Source: Mobula hypostoma
Lineage: Eukaryota
Assembly (NCBI RefSeq): GCF_963921235.1
Contig: NC_086097.1
Coordinates: 90,584,001-90,648,000, forward strand
Length of the DNA stretch: 64,000 bases
Reading direction: 5' to 3'
The notes under the pieces were generated by a model that was not told the origin of the DNA, ran no database searches, and saw only the letters and a program-made list of their open reading frames with translations. The position numbers and the translations under genes were made by a program. Positions within the stretch are counted from its first letter, which is position 1. Each line of letters starts with the position of its first letter. This document shows, in pieces, positions 50,104 to 62,409 of the stretch.

Positions 50104-50619
50104 CATTGCCATAACTTGCATTGTTAGTTATATTCACAAAGCCTCACCCTTTGCACTTGCCAACTAATCTATATTCTTTCTTAAAGAGCAAATCCAAAAC
50201 TTCCATACTAATTTGTTTGATAAACACTGCAGGCTCCCAGTTCAATCTTGCCTCAACTTTAGATCTTCATCCTTGTCTTCAGCTCCCACAATTTACTCGA
50301 CAATCACTCCCCTCTTGCTCATTACCACCTACCCATGCTCTGAAATCTCTTTCATTCCTACCTACCTTCCAGATTGAGATGGCTCTGCAGCCATGATCTC
50401 TTAACTGTTAGAGTTTTAATTACAACCCTTAAAAGATCTAAAGGTTGGATAAGGATCCCAAGTAGTTTGGACTGCACTTTTCTTTTATGATATTAATTAA
50501 AGCCTAAAATTCTGACTTACTTTCACCATCGTTGTTACTAATTTACTACATCTGTGACTCAGCTTGCAATGTTTCAGTACATGAGACAGACCATATCATG
50601 AAAATGGCGGAATATTCTT

Positions 50620-51210
50620 AACAGGCCTGGTATGGAAACACCAATGCCCTTGAATGGAAAATCTTACAAAAAGTAGCAGATGTAGCCCCACCCATCACGG
50701 GTAAAGCCCTCCCCACCATTGAGTACATCTATACGAAACTCTGTTGGAGGAAATCAGCATCCATCATCAAAGACCCCCACCACTCCAGATGTGTTCTCTT
50801 TTTGAAGCTACCATCATGAAGAAGGTACAGGAGCCTCAGGACTCACATCACCAGGTTCAGGAACAGTTATTACCCCTCAACCATCGGGCTCCTGAACCAG
50901 TAGGCATAACCTCACTCACCCCATCATTGAAATGTTCCCACATGGACTCACTTTCAAGGACTCATATTCTCGATATTCATTGCTTATTTATTTATTATTA
51001 TCATTATTATTTCTTTCGTTTTGTATTTGCACAGCTTGTTGTCTTTTGCACATTGGTTAAATGCCCAACTTGATAATGGACTTACTTTGATTCTGTTATC
51101 GTTATTGTTCTATGAATTTATTGGGTATACCTACAAGAAAATGAATCACAGGATTGTTTGTATCTGGCCACACACACGTATTTTGATAATTAATTTACTT
51201 TGAACTTTGA
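50620..51210 (+). mobile_element. Rex1/Babar 3' fragment
   Basis: AWYGNTNALEWKILQKV…ITGKALPTIE…SIIKDPHH…RFRNSYYPSTI; (TTTGAAC)n tail. Confidence 0.8.
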
Positions 51211-51588
51211 ACATCTGGATCCAGCCCCTACACGAGACATGTTCTGGCACAAGATGCTGGATGAATAAGTATTTTAATAGTGAACTTCTATTAATGGAAA
51301 AGGCGAGGTGATTTCGTTTAGTGGGGATTACAGATCAAGAACTCTGTAGATTAGGAACTACATACAAATTACAGCACAGGGCCATCAACACCTTGATAAG
51401 AAAAGCCAGTTAACTTTCAAGATCCAAGCCCTGGATTTGCACAGGGGTTGGTCCTATTAATGGGAGCCATTTTATTTGGGCATTTCTGGAAGATACCAGC
51501 AGGGGGAGTATTGTTTCAGTACTATAAATCTGAGCCTGAATTTAGTTAGTGATGAACTGGATTATTGGGTTCTTTAATGATGAGGGGT

Positions 51589-51597
<9 letters not shown>

Positions 51598-51667
<70 letters not shown>

Positions 51668-51720
51668 GATAGAGAGAGAGATAGAGAGAGACAGAGAGAT
51701 AGAGATAGAGAGACAGCGAG
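51598..51720. repeat. Compound microsatellite, (TA)n then (GA)n with GATA/GACA interruptions
   Basis: Directly visible. Confidence 0.97.
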
Positions 51721-51739
51721 AACGAGAATGAATGAAAGG

Positions 51740-52025
51740 ATGCATTCAGGCTTTTTCTCATCAGGATGGGTGGGTCTAGAACTAAAGGTCAAAGATTTAG
51801 GGAGAAAGGTGGAATAGGTGAAGGGAATCCGAGGAGGAAGTTCTTCACTCAGAGGGTGGTGCGAGTGTAGATCAAGCTGTCAGTGGATAAGGTAGATGTA
51901 GATTCAATGGTAACATTTAAGAGAAGCTTGGATAGGCACGTGGATGAGAGGGGTATGAAGGGCTCTGGTCTGGATGCAGCTAGACGGGACTTGTCAGACC
52001 TACATTGCTCTATGAATCCGTGACT
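51740..52025 (+). mobile_element. CR1 3' end remnant
   Basis: SRTKG…RRKFFTQRVV…TFKRSLD homology to the CR1 C-terminus. Confidence 0.7.
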
Positions 52026-53644
52026 TTATACCTCGTGGCTACCAATGAAAAACACGAGCAACAAGAGCCCCGTGTCTGTTTCTGTCCCGCTTACCGCGAA
52101 CCAGGCCCTCTCAGCTCTCAGCTGCAGTTGGAAACTGGTGAGTGGGTACCCTGCCCTTGGGGTAGAAGCAGGGGCCAGAGCTGTCTGAGCCTGAGTATTG
52201 GGCCCAGACCAAATTCGAGTCTTCAGTGTATGTTGAGAGAACTCAGCAGGACTGTATGCACTTGAAAGAGAAACACAATTATAAATTCACTCCAGGGATG
52301 AGAACCCCTTGCCAAAACATGCCTGATGCAGGCCCCTTCCAGAATGTTAACTGGCTTTTCTTATGTTGATAATCCTATGACGTATTTTCTACCCACTTCC
52401 TGATTTAAACAATTTTTCTTTGCCTTGCGTTGTCATGGAGACTGGCGTCATCCTGATGCTCAGCCTGAGCCCTGCTCTGTAAGTAAAGCCACTTTTAATG
52501 GTTCTGAGGCTGTCATAACTGTGCTTTCAGACTGAGACAGGGGAAAGTTGACTGCTTCTCTGTAATGCAATCATCGGTTGCTGAGCTATTTAATTGAAAG
52601 AACGACACTTTCTGAATGGACAAGAAGTGCTTTGATGTACCACGGATAGGATAGCATTACACAGCTGTCACTCGGTGGCACTTCAGCCCCTATGTCAACC
52701 TTGTATCTGTCTGCACACACTCCATTCACCCTAACCCTTCTGCCGAGTCTGCACCCTCCTCCCATTTGCCGGAGCATACCCAACCATTCCACTCCCTCTG
52801 CAGCCATCACTGTTGCAGCTTTCTTGGTTCATTGCCCCTTTGCTTTGTCAACTCCCACAATTGGTCCACTCTGCACTGCCCTCTGGACCATTATCCTTCC
52901 CTGCCAGGTCTGCACCCAGTCTGCCATATCTGCCTTGGATCACCTCACTCCCTCCGTGTTTCTCCCAGCCACCCATTGCCCCTGGCTCCATGGGGTTCCC
53001 CCTCGATTTGTTCTTCCACACTAGTCTGCTTGAGTTTCAGCCGACCAGGTGTGCTGGCTTGCTACCCTGTGCCTCTTCACACCACCTGGTCCACTTCCAC
53101 ATATCCTGCTTTCTCCATTTCATCCGGTGATATATAGATTGAGCAGCTGTGTGTAAATCGCCACGACCCAGAGAAACAACGCACATACGTGGGAATCCAT
53201 TCGCTCCAATTCAAAATGACTTCCCATGCACTTAACATGGTTTTAACTATATCTAAAGTGGGGCTGCCAAGCCTAAGTCATCTGCTCCCTGAAATGATTC
53301 TGTACCTTGGTGGAAGAGATCTGTGCTTTGAGTCCGTTACGCATTCAGATCCACCTCAGTTGTCAAAGCATCTCAAAACATTTTGACGATGGTGCTTTTG
53401 GAATATATTGGGTGGATGGGGGTTGGGGATGGAGATCAATACTGATATGACTGATCAGTAAGGAGCCAGTGTTGTATGCAAACATGGAAAAGGATTGCAG
53501 CTTCTTCTACATTCACTCTCAGGTAGGCTTTACAAGCAAGCTTTGTATCTTTTCCTCAGTTCTTAGGAGACCTGCAAGTGAGGCCTTGAATGCAAACTCC
53601 TCAGTGCAAACAAATTTCCCAAAAGGATTCTTAAGCATTTTTCA

Positions 53645-54450
53645 ACTACAGCTCAGCATTCAATACCATCATGCGCTCAAAACTAATCAATGAGCAACAA
53701 GACCTTGGCCACAATACCTGCTTCTGCAATTGGATCCTCAATTTCCTTGCTTGCAGGCCCCAGTCAGTTTGGTTTGGCAACATCTCCTCTACAATCTCCA
53801 TCAGCCCAGGTGTACCACAATGTTGAGTGCTTAGCATGACATCTAAAACTTTGACAAACTTCAATCGATGTGGGCTGGATTGATTGGTTGCATGACAGCT
53901 TGGTATGCAAACTCCAATGCCCTTGAATGGAAAATCCTACAAAATGTGCTGGATTCAGCCCTGTCCATCATGGGTAAAGCCCTCCCCACCATCGAGCACA
54001 TCCTCGCGAAATGTTATTGAGGGAAAGCAGCGTCCATCATCAGGAACCCCACCACCATGCTATCTTCACACTGTTGCCATCAGGAAAAAGGTACAGGAAC
54101 CTCAGGACTCACACCACCAGCTCAGAAACAACTATTACCCCTCAACCACCAGGCTCTTGAACCAAGGGTGATAACTTCACTCAACTTCATTTGCCCATCT
54201 TTGAACTATTTCCACAACCTTTGACCTTCTGCTCATGTTCTCATTATTTATTATTCCTACTTATTTCTTTTTGTATTTGCACAGTTTGTTGTCTTCTGTA
54301 CACTGGTTCAATGTACAAGTGGTCTTTCATTGATTCTGTTATGGTTGTTATTCTTTTATGGACTTATTGAATATGCCTGCAAGAAAATGAATCTCAGGGC
54401 TGTTAATGGCGATGTATAAATACTTTGGTAATAAATTTACTTTGAACTTA
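53645..54450 (+). mobile_element. Rex1/Babar fragment with internal deletion
   Basis: YSSAFNTI…CNWILNFL…PQ joined to a C-terminal region similar to 50620-51210. Confidence 0.8.
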
Positions 54451-55049
54451 CAATATATTCAAAGAAGCTGCCACAATCCTTTAAAGATAGTCTCTCAAGA
54501 TGCCTACTGAATTGCTTTTGCCTGTGTGGTGCCAATTTAAGTCAGTCATAGTGTCATATTCACAAGTACATGTATGAAATCAAATACTTATTTGAGGTAT
54601 TATCACAAGCACATAGCATTGGATAAACAGCATTCACAAGGAAAACATAAATTAAACATCAATTATACACAACTTTACAAGAACAAGCACAATCAGAACA
54701 AAAAATGTCCATTTTAGTGCAAAGTGATCTAAGTTATTCTTTGATTTTTTTTAAAAGTGAGCTTTTACTTTACTGAGCCCTAGGAGAGGGCTTTCATTAA
54801 ATCTGTTTCAGTCCATTTATATATGACCTTCCAACACATGGAGACTGAAAGTAACCCCTTTTTGACAGAGTAACTTGGCAATTTATTTATTACTGGCCTG
54901 TGTTTTCTCCCTTGTTTAATATCAGCATGAAAATACAACAGAGCTATTATACTGGTAAAAGTTGGATTATACTGATTAAATCTCCAACTCTCAAAGGGCA
55001 GATACACAGAAAGTAAGAGACAGAAGAGATTTTCCTATAAACTACCTAA

Positions 55050-55345
55050 CGGATGACACAGTTGCTCAGCCTCACAGCTTCAGTGACCCAAGTTCAATCC
55101 TCAGCTTGGGTATTGTCTGTGTGGCATTTGCAGAGTTTCCTGCCACAGTCCAAAGATATGTGGGCGTGTAGGTTAATGTGCCAGTGTAAGTTGCCTCTGT
55201 ATGTAGAGGAGCAGTAGAACCTGGGGTAAGTTGATGTAAATGTGGGAAAGATTAGTGTCGGTGATGGTTTGATGGTTGGTAGTTGGCATAGACTCAGTGG
55301 ACCAAAGTGCCTATTTTCCTGTTGGGTGACACTCTGAATCCATCC
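55050..55345 (+). mobile_element. Degenerate V-SINE (HE1-like)
   Basis: GCCTCACAGC…GACCCAAGTTCAATCC box-B-like head, partial V core and CR1-like tail. Confidence 0.7.
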
Positions 55346-56454
55346 CTTCAAATACTCCCAGGCAAGTACAGGTTGGGTTCAATATAGTGCAGGGTCTTTT
55401 CTATATGCAGAATGGTGCACTTTGGTTCACTTGGCCCTGTCAAGGTGCACTGGGACACCTGGAAGAGGCCCTCCCTCACGGTTGTATAAAGCACTCTTGC
55501 AGCATGTACCGCGCAGGTTGGATGTGGAGTAAGCTCCTTCTTATCAAACACCCGCACAGCAGACCGCTCAGTGTAACAATTCTTCACGCCTTTCTCTGCT
55601 AGGGTAATGGAATGAAGAGCAATGCCATCGTTAGCTCTTCTATTAAAATACGGAGTCAACCAATTCTCAGCACATTTATTTCCTTTAATTAAATGCAGTT
55701 GAATAATATTCTGATTACACTTGCCTTCATATAGAAATCTGACTAGATTCACTACTAAGTGCTAGCATGATCCAGAAATCAATACTCTATCCATTTAATC
55801 TAATAGGGAAAACATGAAATATTCTCTTAGATACATGAATGGACTCCCTTCCACACACATCAAGGCATTCTGATAGCTCCTGGTCTGGGGTATAGGAACC
55901 GTTTCAATACAACATACTCTTGTCTGACCTTCGTTAACTTCCACTGGCTCTGTTTTCAAAATAACATTAAATATAAATTACATCTAAATCAGAAACCCTT
56001 GACTGCACCAGGAAAATAACTACCGAGAATTTGCATAATATTTGTGTACCTTAAGTGAACTTCTAGCTGCGCAAATATTTAATTGGCTCTGGAAGAAGGT
56101 TTTTATTAAGTCAGTTCGAATCCCTTCACATTTGACCTTCCAACAACATGGAGACATGAAACTGCTCCATTCTTTCTGACTGATAAATGACCTCTAATAA
56201 AATGGACATCTTATTTACTTTGTTGCTCTTTTAATTAATTAATTTTCAGCAGGAGAAATTTCCACCATTAGCTTCTGCAGATTAAATCTCCAACCACACG
56301 TAACCCATCAAGTTCTACCTGGGAAGACGTAATGAAATATGATACAGAGTAAATCTTTCTCTAGTCTAAGCTATTTCTTCAAACAATCCCAGGGCAAATA
56401 CAGTATAGGTTCAATACAGAACAAATTTTCTTCTATGAGTAATGGGGGGGATTG

Positions 56455-56715
56455 GTATGTTAGTGAGGTGGTTAGCACAATGTTTTACAGTACCGATGGC
56501 CTGGGTTCAATTCCTGCCACTGCCCGTAAGGAGTTTGTACTTTCTCCCCGTGACCGCGTGGGTTTCCTCTTGGTACTCTGGTTGCCTCCCACAGTCCAAA
56601 GATCTACCAGTTGGTAGGTTGATAGGCCATTATAAATTGTCCTTGCGTTAGGCTAGGTTTAAATCGGGGGTCAAAGGGCCAGAAGGGCCTACTCTGTACA
56701 GTATCTCAGTAAAAT
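56455..56715 (+). mobile_element. tRNA-derived V-SINE
   Basis: GGTTCAATTCC box B; GGAGTTTGTACTTTCTCCCCGTGACCGCGTGGGTTTCCTC core; GGGCCAGAAGGGCCT tail. Confidence 0.8.
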
Positions 56716-56869
56716 AGAAACAAAATGCCTGGTCTGTTACACCATGATTTATAGGTTCCCATCGTAAATCACAAGGGAACTTACAAGTATTATTTCATAT
56801 ATTGTTGTACCAAACATTCCCAGAGCATGTTTTGTACTGGTTAGACACAGAGTAAAGCTCTTTCTAAAC

Positions 56870-56936
56870 CAGGGGTTCCATGGACCCCTTGCTTACTGAT
56901 ATTGATCCATGGCATGAAGAAGATTGGGAACCCCTA
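56870..56936. mobile_element. hAT (Charlie-like) MITE, 67 bp
   Basis: CAGGGGTTCC…GGAACCCCTA termini with perfect 8-bp TSD TTCTAAAC (56862-56869, 56937-56944). Confidence 0.85.
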
Positions 56937-58934
56937 TTCTAAACCATACCATTCTACACTGTGTCCCAGGGAAAGTACTTCATGGATTGGATATTCTGAA
57001 CACTTTTCTCTACCAGGATTTGCATCATTTACTGCATGACGCATTGTAATTGGATGAAGTTAGTTAGTCAATATTATTTCTATTGCATCTTTTGATTGTC
57101 AGAATAATGTCATTTAAGTGAGATGGACCATTAGATTTTGAATGATGCATTTAAGGTGAGAGGAGATGTGTGGGTCAGATTTATTTATTTATTATACACA
57201 GAGAGTGGTTTGTACCTGGAATGTGCGGCCAGGGGAGGTGGTGGTGGAGGCGGATGTGATAGAAGTATTTAAGAAGCTCCTAATACGTGGAGAATGGAGG
57301 GATAGGGATCATGACCAGGTAGAATGGAATAGTTTAGTAAGATGTTATTGGTTTAATTAATTCAGCTCAATTTCATGGGCTGAAGAGGAGCAGTCCTTGG
57401 CCATTCGGTCCATCGAGTCTGTTCCTCAGCCCTGGGGTATTTACATGAAGTGAAATACAGACAGCTCCAGAGATAAGTAAAGGTTTACCTGGCACTATTA
57501 TCTTTCAATAAATCAAGAAATTTACTATAGCATAGACTAGCAAATTTGCCCTCTATAAGAAAATGAATTGAAGGCTCAAACATACTCTTGATCTCTCACT
57601 GTAACTCTCTGTGGCTCCTGCACTTTATTTGTCTACCTTCACTGCACCATAACTGTAACACAATATTCTGCTTTTCTTTTTCTACCAGGATGCATGGAAT
57701 GATTTGTCCGGATAGCATCCAAACACAGCTTTTCACTGTACCTCAATGTTAGTGACACCAGTTACCAAGGTGGGGAAAATTACCAAGTTATGTTTTTGCT
57801 CCCAGCAGGGAATTGATGGATAGGTGGGGAAAGTAAATTGCAGGGAATATTAGTGAGGTAGTGGGATTGATCTGTGAGTTGGTATAGACTTGATGGGCTG
57901 AATAGCCTCTTGTCTGTCATGTGGAAATATTTAAATTAATAATTATAGATTCATAGTCATAAAGCACGGGACAGGTCCATTGGCCCAAATGGTCCATGCC
58001 AACCAAGATGCCCATCAAAGCAAGACCTATTTGTCAATATTTGGCTGATAGCGTTCTAAGCTAAACTGTACAAGTACACCATGGAAATAAAGTTATGGCA
58101 ATTAATAATGCTGATTTGAATTAAAACACACATTCTAATACATAAGAAAAATAACAATAATCGGTATTTTAGTGATTAAAATATTAAGTGTATTTTGGCA
58201 AAAATAGGCAACTGATAAATCTTGATGAAGGAAAACATTATGGATTGTTAAGCCTTTGATCTAGACTGTGCTTCTTTGTTGAAAGGAGTGAATGCCGTAT
58301 TGCTGACTGTTATAGATGGGCTTCAAGCAGGGATCAAATGGAATTAAATATTAATAGTAAATAGCTCTGCCCGAGAATGTCTGAGCTTAATATATACAAT
58401 CTCCCCATGTCACCCCCCAATCCCTTCTTGTCAAAAGTTGGCTCTGACCTCTTCCCTTCTCCCCACCTCTCCTCAATGCTGGGCTTCAATCCTCCTCAAC
58501 CTTCTCACTTGCCATGTTCCAAGAATCCATAGGCTTTGGCCCAAACTGTGTCAGAAGATCCATGGGAAGACCATCACATGGGAATACAAGTATTGAAAGC
58601 AAGAACGCACTGTCTAACCCAGCTCTGCCATTTATTGATTATTTGTGAGTGCTGCTTATATGATACTATGTGCCTGTGATACTGTTACGAGTAAGTTCTT
58701 CATTATGGCTGTACATACATGTACTTATGCATATGCCAGTAAACTCAACTTAGACTTTGACTATTAAGATTATGGCTAATTTATTACCTCAATACCATTT
58801 TCCTGACCGAATCTTCCTTGAAGCTGGCTCCTGCTTTGGCTCGCTGTTTTTTCCTGAGCCTGGAAGTATTGATCAGTCATTGTTGACTTCAAATCAGATT
58901 CTCAAATTATCTGCAAAAGCTTGGTACAAGTACA

Positions 58935-59805
58935 AAATTAGTAAATTGTTAAATTGGTCTATTATTGTCACATGTATCAAGGAACATTGAAAACTTTGGC
59001 TTGCATACCGTCCATGCAGAACAATTTGTTACGATAATGTGTTGAGGGAGTACAAGATAACACAATAACAGAGTGCAGAATAAACAATTACAGTTACAGA
59101 GAAAATGCACTGCAAGTAGAGATTAAGGTTCAAGATCTTAAGGTAAATTGTGAGGTCAAGAGTACATCTTATCATACCAGGGAACCATTTAATAGATTTA
59201 TTATAGAGGGATAGAAGCAGTTCTTAAGCCTGACAATATGTGATTTCAAGCTTTTGTATCTTCTGCCGAATTGGGGGGGTGGGAGAGAGAAAGGAACTGA
59301 GAACCATGGACAAAGTCCAAAGTAGGAAGGCTGGTTTCTGCGATATGCTGAAATGTGTTCATAATACTCAGGAGTTTCTTGCAGTCACAGGCAGGGCAGC
59401 TGCCATTCCAAGCTGTGATTCACCCAGATTGAATGCTTCTTATGGGGCTTTGATAAAAATTGGTGAGGGTCAAAGGGGACATACCAAATTTCTTCAGCCT
59501 TTGAGAAATTAGAGACACTGGTGAGCTTTTTTTGGTCATGTCATCAGCATGTCTGGACCAAGACAGATTATTGGTGATGTTCACCCTTAGGAACTTGAAA
59601 TTCTCAACCCTCTCAAACTCATCATTGTTGATGTAGACAGGAACATGTCCATCACTCCACTTCCTGAATTCAATGACTACTTTTCTTTTTGCTGATATTT
59701 AAGGAAAGGCTGACACCATGTTACTAAGCTCTCTACCTCTTTCCCATACTCTGACTAATCATTACTTGAGATACAGCCCACTATAATGGTATCATTTTCA
59801 AACTT
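58935..59805 (-). mobile_element. Old Rex1/Babar-like fragment
   Basis: Minus-strand remnants KFENDTIIVG, VERVENFKFL.V, L..LKKFGM, plus a 3' UTR similar to 39145-39675. Confidence 0.65.
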
Positions 59806-60160
59806 GTTAGAACAGAGTGCAGATTTGTTCAGCTGGACACATCTGCCTACCCACTGATGTAAGCATGGCAATGAATGTCTGCACAGTGGGTTGTCCATCT
59901 TGCAACCTTCTTCTGCCTATTATGGAAGACCTAATACCAAGAATTTCAGCTTCTGAAAATCCTGAATTTCATTACAATAAGCCTGGAATAAAGTACTTAA
60001 GGTGGCTTCTAGCCTAACCAGTCCTTTACAGCTCCTGGCAAAAAAATTCTTCTAGTTCCTTTCTCCCTCTTGATATCCCATTACCCCATAGATTATTTTC
60101 TCTCAGTTTCATTCTGTTTCTCTTTGAGTGGTGTGATGTGCTCCAGACCATTGTATTCAT

Positions 60161-62409
60161 AGAAACATAGAAAATAGGTGCAGGAGTAGGCCATTCGGCC
60201 CTTCGAGCCTGCACCGCCATTTATTATGATCATGGCTGATCATCCAACTCAGAACCCCGCCCCAGCCTTCCCTCCATACCCCCTGACCCCTGTAGCCATA
60301 AGGGCCATATCTAACTCCCTCTTAAACATAGCCAATGAACTGGCCTCAACAGTTTGCTGTGGCAGAGAATTCCACAGATTCACCACTCTCTGTGTGAAGA
60401 AGTTTTTCCTAATCTCGGTCCTAAAAGGCTTCCCCTCTATCCTCAAACTGTGACCCCTCGTTCTGGACTTCCCCAACATCGGGAACAATCTTCCTGCATC
60501 TAGCCTGTCCAATCCCTTTAGGATCTTATACGTTTCAATCAGATCCCCCCTCAATCTTCTAAATTCCAACGAGTACAAGCCCAGTTCATCCAGTCTTTCT
60601 TCATATGAAAGTCCTGCCATCCCAGGAATCAATCTGGTGAACCTTCTTTGTACTCCCTCTATGGCAAAGATGACTTTCCTCAGATTAGGGGACCAAAACT
60701 GCACACAATACTCCAGGTGTGGTCTCACCAAGGCCTTGTACAACTGCAGTAGTACCTCCCTGCTCCTGTACTCGAATCCTCTCGCTATAAATGCCAGCAT
60801 ACCATTCGCCTTTTTCACCGCCTGCTGTACCTGCATGCCCACTTTCAATGACTGGTGTATAATGACACCCAGGTCTCGTTGCACCTCCCCTTTTCCTAAT
60901 CGGCCACCATTCAGATAATAATCTGTTTTCCTATTTTTGCCACCAAAGTGGATAACTTCACATTTATCCACATTAAATTGCATCTGCCATGAGTTTGCCC
61001 ACTCACCCAACCTATCCAAGTCACCCTGCATCCTTTTAGCATCCTCCTCACTGCTAACACTGCCGCCAAGCTTCGTGTCATCCGCAAACTTGGAGATGCT
61101 GCATTTAATTCCCTCATCCAAGTCATTAATATATATTGTAAACAACTGGGGTCCCAGCACTGAGCCTTGCGGTACCCCACTAGTCACCGCCTGCCATTCT
61201 GAAAAGGTCCCGTTTATTCCCACTCTTTGCTTCCTGTCTGCTAACCAATTCTCCACCCACACCAATACCTTACCCCCAATACCGTGTGCTTTAAGTTTGC
61301 ACACTAATCTCCTATGTGGGACCTTGTCAAAAGCCTTTTGAAAATCCAAATATACCACATCCACTGGTTCTCCCCTATCCACTCTACTAGTTACATCCTC
61401 AAAAAATTCTATGAGATTCGTCAGACATGATTTTCCTTTCACAAATCCATGCTGACTTTGTCCGATCATTTCTCCGCTTTCCAAATGTGCTGTTATCACA
61501 TCCTTGATAACTGACTCCAGCAGTTTCCCCACCACCGACGTTAGGCTAACCGGTCTATAATTCCCCGGTTTCTCTCTCCCTCCTTTTTTAAAAATTGGGG
61601 TTACATTAGCCACCCTCCAATCCTCAGGAACTAGTCCAGAATCTAACGAGTTTTGAAAAATTATCACTAATGCATCCACTATTTCTTGGGCTACTTCCTT
61701 AAGCACTCTAGGATGCAGACCATCTGGCCCTGGGGATTTATCTGCCTTCAATCCCTTCAATTTACCTAACACCACTTCCCTACTAACATGTATTTCACTC
61801 AGTTCCTCCATCTCACTGGACCCTCTGTCCCTTACTATTTCTGGAAGATTATTTATGTCCTCCTTAGTGAAGACAGAACCAAAGTAATTATTCAATTGGT
61901 CTGCCATGTCCTTGCTCCCCATAATCAATTCACCTGTTTCTGTCTGCAGGGGACCTACATTTGTCTTTACCAGTCTTTTCCTTTTTACATATCTATAAAA
62001 GCTTTTACAGTCCGTTTTTATGTTCTCTGCCAGTTTTCTCTCATAATCTTTTTTCCCCTTCCTAATTAAGCCCTTTGTCCTCCTCTGCTGAACTCTGAAT
62101 TCCTCCCAGTCCTCAGGTGAGCCACTTTCTCTGGCTAATTTGTATGCTTCTTCTTTGGAATTGATACTATCCCTAATTTCTCTTGTCAGCCACGGGTGCA
62201 CTACCTTCCTTGATTTATTCTTTTGCCAAACTGGGATGAACAATTGTTGTAGTTCATCCATGCAACCTATAAATGCTTGCCATTGCATATCCACCGTCAA
62301 TCCTTTAAGTGTCATTTGCCAGTCTATCTTAGCTAATTCACGTCTCATACCTTCAAAGTTCCCCTTCTTTAAGTTCAGAACCTTTGTTTCTGAATTAACT
62401 ATGTCACTC
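60161..62409 (-). mobile_element. Young 5'-truncated CR1 LINE
   Basis: (TTTCTATG)n tail, 7-bp TSD TATTCAT (60154-60160, 62410-62416), uninterrupted reading frame. Confidence 0.97.
60249..62348 (-). CDS. CR1 ORF2 remnant (RT and C-terminal domain, endonuclease missing); open frame, probably not expressed
   Basis: 699-aa ORF with KSPGPDG, NYRPVSLTS, YLDFQKAFDKVPH, GVPQGSVLGP, KFADDTK, RPHLEYC. Confidence 0.85.
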   Translation of the reverse strand: MRRELAKIDWQMTLKGLTVDMQWQAFIGCMDELQQLFIPVWQKNKSRKVVHPWLTREIRDSINSKEEAYKLARESGSPEDWEEFRVQQRRTKGLIRKGKKDYERKLAENIKTDCKSFYRYVKRKRLVKTNVGPLQTETGELIMGSKDMADQLNNYFGSVFTKEDINNLPEIVRDRGSSEMEELSEIHVSREVVLGKLKGLKADKSPGPDGLHPRVLKEVAQEIVDALVIIFQNSLDSGLVPEDWRVANVTPIFKKGGREKPGNYRPVSLTSVVGKLLESVIKDVITAHLESGEMIGQSQHGFVKGKSCLTNLIEFFEDVTSRVDRGEPVDVVYLDFQKAFDKVPHRRLVCKLKAHGIGGKVLVWVENWLADRKQRVGINGTFSEWQAVTSGVPQGSVLGPQLFTIYINDLDEGIKCSISKFADDTKLGGSVSSEEDAKRMQGDLDRLGEWANSWQMQFNVDKCEVIHFGGKNRKTDYYLNGGRLGKGEVQRDLGVIIHQSLKVGMQVQQAVKKANGMLAFIARGFEYRSREVLLQLYKALVRPHLEYCVQFWSPNLRKVIFAIEGVQRRFTRLIPGMAGLSYEERLDELGLYSLEFRRLRGDLIETYKILKGLDRLDAGRLFPMLGKSRTRGHSLRIEGKPFRTEIRKNFFTQRVVNLWNSLPQQTVEASSLAMFKRELDMALMATGVRGYGGKAGAGF

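Noticed and set aside
51542..51792. Short ORFs rich in SL/YI repeats
   Set aside because: Translations of the (TA)n/(GA)n microsatellite.
56455..56530. tRNA gene
   Set aside because: The box-B-like motif is the head of a V-SINE; no complete cloverleaf is evident.
60249..62348. Bacterial retron, group II intron or DGR reverse transcriptase, or a domesticated host gene
   Set aside because: Motifs, 3' tail, 5' truncation and TSD are those of an ordinary CR1 LINE.
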